The translations under genes were made by a program, and so were the position numbers. Below are positions 26,486-32,000 of a DNA stretch of 32,000 nt, one piece after another. Under the pieces are notes generated by a model, which had not been told where the DNA came from, did not search any database, and saw only the letters and a list, made by a program, of their open reading frames with translations. The stretch lies in sequence record CM075947.1; one strand, 5' to 3'. Every line of letters begins with the position of its first letter. Position 1 is the first letter of the stretch.

Positions 26486-27155
26486 AGAAATGGTACGTGT
26501 TGGAATGCACTTTGGTCATCAAACACGAAAATGGAACCCAAAAATGGCACCATTTTTGTACGGCCAACGAAACGGTATTCATGTTTTAGATTTAGTTCAA
26601 ACGCATCAATGCTTACAAAGCACTTGTGATTTTTTAGAAAAATCTGCCTCTGAAAATAAAACATTTTTATTTGTTGGTACAAAAAAACAAGCTGGTCGTG
26701 TAGTTGCCCAAGCGGCAAGTTTATGCAATGGTTTTTTTGTTAACCAAAGATGGTTAGGTGGAATGCTAACAAATTGGTCAACTTTACAAGTGTCATTAAA
26801 AAGATTGGAGCAACTTGAAAACCAATCCTTTGAAGGTTTGCCTAAAAAAGAAGCAGCCAATTTAAAGAAAGAATGGGCTCGACTAAATAAATATTTAGGT
26901 GGGTTAAAATCAATGAAAGCTTTACCAGATGTTGTAATTCTAGTCGGACAACCCGAAGAAGTAAACGCAGTACGAGAATGTAGAAAATTAAAAATTCCTG
27001 TGGTTGCCATGCTGGATAGTAATTGTGATCCTACTATGGCGGATTGGGGTGTTCCTGCAAATGACGATTCTGTTGGCTCAATTCAAGCAGTTTTAGAGTG
27101 TTTTGTTGAAGCAATTCAGAAAGGAAATATTGCTCGTTTATCTGCAGTCCGTTAA
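26472..27155 (+). CDS. rps2: 30S ribosomal protein S2
   Basis: 227 aa, ...MVRVGMHFGHQTRKWNPKMAPFLYGQRNGIHVLDL, WLGGMLTNWST, YLGGLKSM. ATG 26472 overlaps the rpoC2 end by 14 nt. The alternative ATG 26490 would avoid the overlap. Confidence 0.95.
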   Translation: MKSIEEMVRVGMHFGHQTRKWNPKMAPFLYGQRNGIHVLDLVQTHQCLQSTCDFLEKSASENKTFLFVGTKKQAGRVVAQAASLCNGFFVNQRWLGGMLTNWSTLQVSLKRLEQLENQSFEGLPKKEAANLKKEWARLNKYLGGLKSMKALPDVVILVGQPEEVNAVRECRKLKIPVVAMLDSNCDPTMADWGVPANDDSVGSIQAVLECFVEAIQKGNIARLSAVR

Positions 27156-27186
27156 TATGGGAATAGTCTCATAATATGGACAAAAT

Positions 27187-27906
27187 ATGACCAACTTAAT
27201 TTATAATATTGCAGAAGTTGAAGTCGGACAACACTGGTATTGGAATATAGGAAACTTTGAAGTACATGGTCAAGTTTTACTAACTTCATGGTTTGTTATT
27301 ACTTTATTAGTGATTTTTGCATTTGTTTCAACTCGTACTCTTAAGGATATTCCCCAAGGATCACAAAACTTGGTCGAATATATATTAGAGTTTATACGAG
27401 ACTTAGCAAAAACTCAGATCGGTGAAGAAGAATACAAATCTTGGGTTCCGTTTCTAGGTACAATGTTTTTGTTTATTTTTATATCGAATTGGTCTGGAGC
27501 ACTCATTCCTTGGGCTTTAATCGAAATACCAAATGGAGAGTTAGCGGCACCAACGAATGATATTAATACAACAGTGGCTTTGGCGTTGCTTACTTCAATT
27601 GCATATTTTTATGGCGGTATTCGAAAAAAAGGGTTACGTTATTTTACTAAATACGTACAACCTACACCTGTACTATTGCCAATTAATATTTTAGAAGATT
27701 TTACAAAACCTCTATCACTTAGTTTCCGTTTATTTGGAAATATTTTAGCTGATGAATTAGTAGTAGCTGTTTTAATTTCTTTAGTTCCACTTGTGATACC
27801 AATTCCAATGATGTTACTAGGACTCTTTACGAGCGCTATTCAAGCATTAATTTTTGCAACATTGGCTGGAGCTTATATTGGTGAATCGATTGAAGATCAT
27901 CATTAA
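27187..27906 (+). CDS. atpI: ATP synthase CF0 subunit a (IV)
   Basis: 239 aa with the conserved [18 protein letters not shown] and [15 protein letters not shown] segments. Confidence 0.97.
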   Translation: MTNLIYNIAEVEVGQHWYWNIGNFEVHGQVLLTSWFVITLLVIFAFVSTRTLKDIPQGSQNLVEYILEFIRDLAKTQIGEEEYKSWVPFLGTMFLFIFISNWSGALIPWALIEIPNGELAAPTNDINTTVALALLTSIAYFYGGIRKKGLRYFTKYVQPTPVLLPINILEDFTKPLSLSFRLFGNILADELVVAVLISLVPLVIPIPMMLLGLFTSAIQALIFATLAGAYIGESIEDHH

Positions 27907-27926
27907 ATTTTATTAAAACCTGTTAA

Positions 27927-28208
<282 letters not shown>

Positions 28209-28218
28209 AAACCGAAGT

Positions 28219-28255
28219 CGTTTGAGCAATACAATAATAAATTATTGCTCAAACG
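28219..28255 (+). terminator. stem-loop between atpH and atpF (12-bp stem)
   Basis: cgtttgagcaat (28219-28230) / 13-nt AT loop / attgctcaaacg (28244-28255). It is likely an intercistronic processing or stability element. Confidence 0.6.
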
Positions 28256-28281
28256 CTCAATAAGTTGATAAGGAGAATTTC

Positions 28282-28776
28282 ATGAATGCAAATTTTGGTT
28301 TCAATACAAACATTCTGGAAACCAATGTATTAAATCTGGCTCCTGTTATTGGAATTGTTGTATATTTTGGTGGCGATGTCTTGCGTGGTTTACTAACTGC
28401 AAGACAAAAAGCTATACAAAGCACAATAGATGATGCAGAAAAGAAGTATAAAATTGCTCTCGAGCAATTACGTGCTGCCGAACAACAATTTTCTATTGCA
28501 AAGTCTAAAGCCGAAGCGATTCGTGCACAAGGAAAAGAAGCAGCAGCGGAAGGAGCACGTAAATTTACTGAACGTGCTGAAGAAGATATTACTCGTTTAG
28601 AAGAAACGAAACAGTTAAGTCTTCGCTTGGAAGAACAAAAAGCAATGCAAGAACTTTGTCAAAAAGTGGTTTCTTTAGCACTAATACAAGTGCGTGAAAA
28701 ATTACAAAATCGTTTAGATGCTTCCTTGCATAAACGAGTTAATGACATTCATATTGCTCTCTTTGAACGTTTATAA
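28282..28776 (+). CDS. atpF: ATP synthase CF0 subunit b (I), no intron
   Basis: 164 aa. It has an N-terminal hydrophobic segment followed by a long charged helix ([18 protein letters not shown]...). Its position between atpH and atpA supports the call. AAGGAG lies upstream. Confidence 0.9.
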   Translation: MNANFGFNTNILETNVLNLAPVIGIVVYFGGDVLRGLLTARQKAIQSTIDDAEKKYKIALEQLRAAEQQFSIAKSKAEAIRAQGKEAAAEGARKFTERAEEDITRLEETKQLSLRLEEQKAMQELCQKVVSLALIQVREKLQNRLDASLHKRVNDIHIALFERL

Positions 28777-28796
28777 TCGACCCGGAGAAAAGGAAT

Positions 28797-30305
28797 ATGG
28801 TCAAAATTCGTCCTGATGAAATTAGTAGCATTATCCGCCAGCAGATTGAACAATATAATCAAGAAATTAAAGTTGTAAATATTGGAACTGTACTGCAGGT
28901 TGGTGATGGAATTGCCCGAATTTATGGGTTAGAACGCGTTATGGCCGGAGAATTATTAGAATTCGAAGACGGTACGATAGGAATTGCTTTAAATTTAGAA
29001 GCAGACAACGTTGGTGCCGTTTTAATGGGTGACGGTTTGAATATCCAAGAAGGAAGTTCGGTAAAAGCCACTGGAAAAATTGCACAGGTTCCTGTTGGAG
29101 AAGCATTCTTAGGACGTGTTGTAGATGCATTAGCACGCCCAATTGATGGGAAAGGTGATATTACATCCTCTGAGTCACGTTTGATTGAATCTCCAGCGCC
29201 AGGAATTATTGCAAGACGTTCTGTGTATGAACCACTTCAAACTGGCCTAATTGCTATTGATGCAATGATTCCAATTGGACGTGGACAAAGAGAACTTATT
29301 ATTGGAGATCGACAAACTGGTAAAACTGCAGTTGCAACAGATACTATTCTTAACCAAAAAGGTAAAGATGTTATATGTGTTTATGTAGCAATTGGTCAAA
29401 AGGCTTCTTCAGTAGCACAACTTGTAACTACTTTAGAAGAGCGAGGAGCAATGGATTATACCATTGTTGTTGCTGTCAATGCTGATGCTTCAGCTACCCT
29501 TCAATATTTGGCTCCATATACTGGCGCGTCTCTTGCTGAGTATTTCATGTATACAAACCGTCATACTCTTGTTATTTATGATGATTTATCGAAGCAAGCA
29601 CAAGCCTATAGACAAATGTCTTTGCTTTTACGACGACCACCAGGTCGTGAAGCTTATCCAGGTGATGTATTTTATCTTCATTCACGTTTACTAGAACGTG
29701 CTGCTAAATTAAGTAGCGCCTTAGGAGAAGGAAGTATGACTGCATTACCAGTAATTGAAACGCAAGGAGGTGATGTTTCAGCTTACATTCCAACAAATGT
29801 TATTTCAATTACTGATGGTCAAATTTTCTTATCAGCAGATATTTTTAATTCAGGAATTAGACCAGCAATTAATGTAGGTATTTCTGTATCACGTGTAGGT
29901 TCTGCTGCACAAGTTAAAGCGATGAAGCAAGTGGCAGGTAAATTAAAACTGGAATTAGCTCAGTTTGCCGAATTAGAAGCTTTTGCACAATTTGCTTCCG
30001 ATTTAGATCAAGCTACTCAAAATCAGCTAGCTCGAGGAGCGAGGTTGCGTGAGTTATTAAAACAAGCTCAAGCATCACCGTTATCAGTTGAAGATCAAGT
30101 TGCAACAATTTACACTGGAACTAATGGTCATTTAGATAGTATTGAGGTTTCAAAAGTGCGTGAGTTCTTAATTGGATTACGTGAATACTTGTTTACGAAT
30201 AAAAAAGAATATGGTGAAATTGTTCGTTCAACAAAAACCTTAACCACTGAAGCAGAATCTATTTTAAAAGAGGCAATTACTGAATATAAACAGAGCTTTA
30301 GTTAG
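28797..30305 (+). CDS. atpA: ATP synthase CF1 alpha subunit
   Basis: 502 aa. Walker A is GDRQTGKT. Other conserved segments: [47 protein letters not shown] and ITDGQIFL. Confidence 0.99.
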   Translation: MVKIRPDEISSIIRQQIEQYNQEIKVVNIGTVLQVGDGIARIYGLERVMAGELLEFEDGTIGIALNLEADNVGAVLMGDGLNIQEGSSVKATGKIAQVPVGEAFLGRVVDALARPIDGKGDITSSESRLIESPAPGIIARRSVYEPLQTGLIAIDAMIPIGRGQRELIIGDRQTGKTAVATDTILNQKGKDVICVYVAIGQKASSVAQLVTTLEERGAMDYTIVVAVNADASATLQYLAPYTGASLAEYFMYTNRHTLVIYDDLSKQAQAYRQMSLLLRRPPGREAYPGDVFYLHSRLLERAAKLSSALGEGSMTALPVIETQGGDVSAYIPTNVISITDGQIFLSADIFNSGIRPAINVGISVSRVGSAAQVKAMKQVAGKLKLELAQFAELEAFAQFASDLDQATQNQLARGARLRELLKQAQASPLSVEDQVATIYTGTNGHLDSIEVSKVREFLIGLREYLFTNKKEYGEIVRSTKTLTTEAESILKEAITEYKQSFS

Positions 30306-30306
30306 T

Positions 30307-30376
30307 TTATAGTTACTGTTTATCAGCTTATTTGGGAAGAATTCTTCCCAAATAAGCTGATAAACAGTAACTATAA
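30307..30376. repeat. perfect 70-nt palindrome (35-bp arms, no loop) filling the atpA/tufA convergent spacer; probable bidirectional 3' stem-loop
   Basis: ttatagttactgtttatcagcttatttgggaagaa (30307-30341) is the exact reverse complement of 30342-30376. The centre is GAATTC at 30339-30344. Confidence 0.9.
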
Positions 30377-31606
30377 TTATACAATTATTTTAGATACTAC
30401 TCCAGCTCCTACTGTTCTGCCACCTTCACGGATAGCGAATCGCATTCCATTTTCAATTGCAATTGGCTGAATAAGTTCAACTTCCATTTTAACACGATCA
30501 CCCGGAAGTACCATTTGAATATCACTTCCATCATCTGCAATGAAGGACTCAATTTTCCCTGTTACATCAGTTGTACGTACATAGAATTGAGGGCGGTAGC
30601 CTTGGAAGAAAGGCGTGTGTCGACCACCCTCTTCTTTTGTTAAAACATAAACTTGAGACTCAAACTTAGTATGTGGTGTAATTGTACCTGGAGCAGCTAG
30701 TACCATTCCTCGTTCAATATCTTCTTTTTGAACGCCACGTAATAGAACACCAACATTGTCACCTGCAAATCCTTCTTCCAATGTTTTTTGAAACATTTCA
30801 ATACCAGTAACTGTAGTTGTTTTTGTATTTCGTAACCCTACAATTTCAATTGTGTCACCTACACGTAGTGTTCCACGCTCTACACGACCTGTCGCTACAG
30901 TACCTCTTCCTGTAATTGAGAAGACATCTTCTACAGCCATTAAGAATGTTTTATCTGTGGCACGCTCGGGAGTTGGAATATAACTATCTACAGCTTCCAT
31001 TAAATTAAAAATTTTGTCTACCCATTCGTTGCCACCTTTTGTAATTGCAGGGTTTTCCGTTAAAGCTTCTAAAGCAAGAAGCGCAGAACCTGCAACTACA
31101 GGGATGTCGTCTCCTGGGAATTCATAGTTTGAAAGCGTTTCGCGAACTTCTAATTCTACTAATTCTAAAAGTTCCGCATCATCAACTTGATCTTCTTTAT
31201 TTAGGAATACCACAATATTTGGAACACCTACTTGTTTTGCCAAAAGAATATGTTCTTTAGTTTGAGGCATTGGACCATCAGCACCAGAGACTACTAAGAT
31301 GGCACCATCCATTTGTGCTGCACCTGTAATCATATTCTTAACGTAATCCGCGTGTCCTGGACAATCTACATGAGCATAATGACGGTTGTTAGTTTCATAT
31401 TCAACATGCGCTGTGTTTATCGTAATTCCACGTGCTTTTTCTTCAGGGGCAGAGTCAATCTCATCATAACCCTTACCTTTTCGTCCAGAGGCAGCTGACA
31501 TTGCCATTGTAATTGCAGCAGTCAATGTTGTTTTTCCATGATCAACATGCCCAATAGTTCCAATATTAACGTGCGGTTTTGTACGTTCAAATTTTTCTCT
31601 TGCCAT
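30377..31606 (-). CDS. tufA: translation elongation factor Tu
   Basis: The canonical N-terminus [28 protein letters not shown] begins at the ATG at 31606. The track ORF extends 23 codons upstream, to 31675. The G-domain motifs [13 protein letters not shown] and NKED are present. Confidence 0.98.
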   Translation of the reverse strand: MAREKFERTKPHVNIGTIGHVDHGKTTLTAAITMAMSAASGRKGKGYDEIDSAPEEKARGITINTAHVEYETNNRHYAHVDCPGHADYVKNMITGAAQMDGAILVVSGADGPMPQTKEHILLAKQVGVPNIVVFLNKEDQVDDAELLELVELEVRETLSNYEFPGDDIPVVAGSALLALEALTENPAITKGGNEWVDKIFNLMEAVDSYIPTPERATDKTFLMAVEDVFSITGRGTVATGRVERGTLRVGDTIEIVGLRNTKTTTVTGIEMFQKTLEEGFAGDNVGVLLRGVQKEDIERGMVLAAPGTITPHTKFESQVYVLTKEEGGRHTPFFQGYRPQFYVRTTDVTGKIESFIADDGSDIQMVLPGDRVKMEVELIQPIAIENGMRFAIREGGRTVGAGVVSKIIV

Positions 31607-31661
31607 AATGTGTTTTCCAATTCGGAATGTATTTAATTTCGGGTGTATAAAATATACTGTG

Positions 31662-31670
31662 TGATATAAT
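31662..31670 (+). promoter_or_regulatory. candidate extended -10 promoter for psbB
   Basis: Perfect TGnTATAAT (TG-A-TATAAT) at 31662-31670, 79 nt upstream of the psbB ATG. A 7-bp hairpin (tagattc/gaatcta, 31686-31704) lies in the putative leader. Confidence 0.45.
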
Positions 31671-31748
31671 ATCATTAAGTTACATTAGATTCCAAAAGAA
31701 TCTAGAATTCTATTCTAAGAAAGTAAAATCAACTAGAAAAAAAACTAT

Positions 31749-32000
31749 ATGGGACTACCTTGGTACCGTGTTCACACGGTTGTGCTAAATGATCCAGGTC
31801 GATTAATTGCTGTGCACTTAATGCATACATCACTTGTTGCAGGCTGGGCTGGTTCAATGGCTTTATATGAACTTGCTATTTTTGATCCTTCTGATCCAAT
31901 CCTAAATCCAATGTGGCGTCAAGGAATGTTTGTTTTGCCTTTTATGACTCGATTAGGTGTTACTCAATCTTGGGGTGGTTGGACAATAGCTGGTGAAACA
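31749..32000 (+). CDS. psbB: photosystem II CP47 apoprotein, 5' part (runs off the window)
   Basis: ATG at 31749. The translation [78 protein letters not shown] is the canonical CP47 N-terminus. Confidence 0.97.
   Translation, partial: MGLPWYRVHTVVLNDPGRLIAVHLMHTSLVAGWAGSMALYELAIFDPSDPILNPMWRQGMFVLPFMTRLGVTQSWGGWTIAGET

Overview
This window is an AT-rich, intron-free, very gene-dense stretch of a green-algal plastid (chloroplast) genome. It is not a bacterial accessory region. I can place 28 protein genes and 12 tRNAs. The protein genes are psbI, ftsI-like PBP, psbD/psbC, psaC, ndhD, ccsA, rps4, psbK, rps18, rpl20, psaA/psaB, rps7, rps12, tilS/ycf62, psbA, clpP, rpoB-rpoC1-rpoC2-rps2-atpI-atpH-atpF-atpA, tufA and the 5' end of psbB. 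psbI and psbK are too short for the supplied ORF track and were found by reading the sequence. Most genes are followed by an inverted repeat of the kind that stabilises plastid mRNA 3' ends, and a few bacterial-type (sigma70 / extended -10) promoter candidates are visible. I see no CRISPR array, transposon, integrase, intron or defence-type cassette, so I do not claim a novel multi-gene system. Six things deserve a second look. (1) A plastid-encoded class B penicillin-binding protein with intact SxxK/SxN/KTG boxes. (2) A trnI(CAU)-like tRNA carrying a class-II-like long variable arm, in the same window as a minimal 209-codon TilS. (3) An rpoC1 whose N-terminal Cys4 zinc ribbon appears deleted while the rpoC2 zinc site is kept. 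(4) A perfect 70-nt loop-less palindrome filling the whole atpA/tufA spacer. (5) Two small families of GC-rich 3' hairpins that share stem sequences. (6) An rpoB-rpoC1-rpoC2-rps2 chain with overlapping stop/start codons. The gene content (ndhD + tufA + ftsI + tilS + trnL(GAG), uninterrupted rps12/clpP/atpF/rpoC1) points to a prasinophyte-grade or early-diverging streptophyte alga. That placement is inference only.
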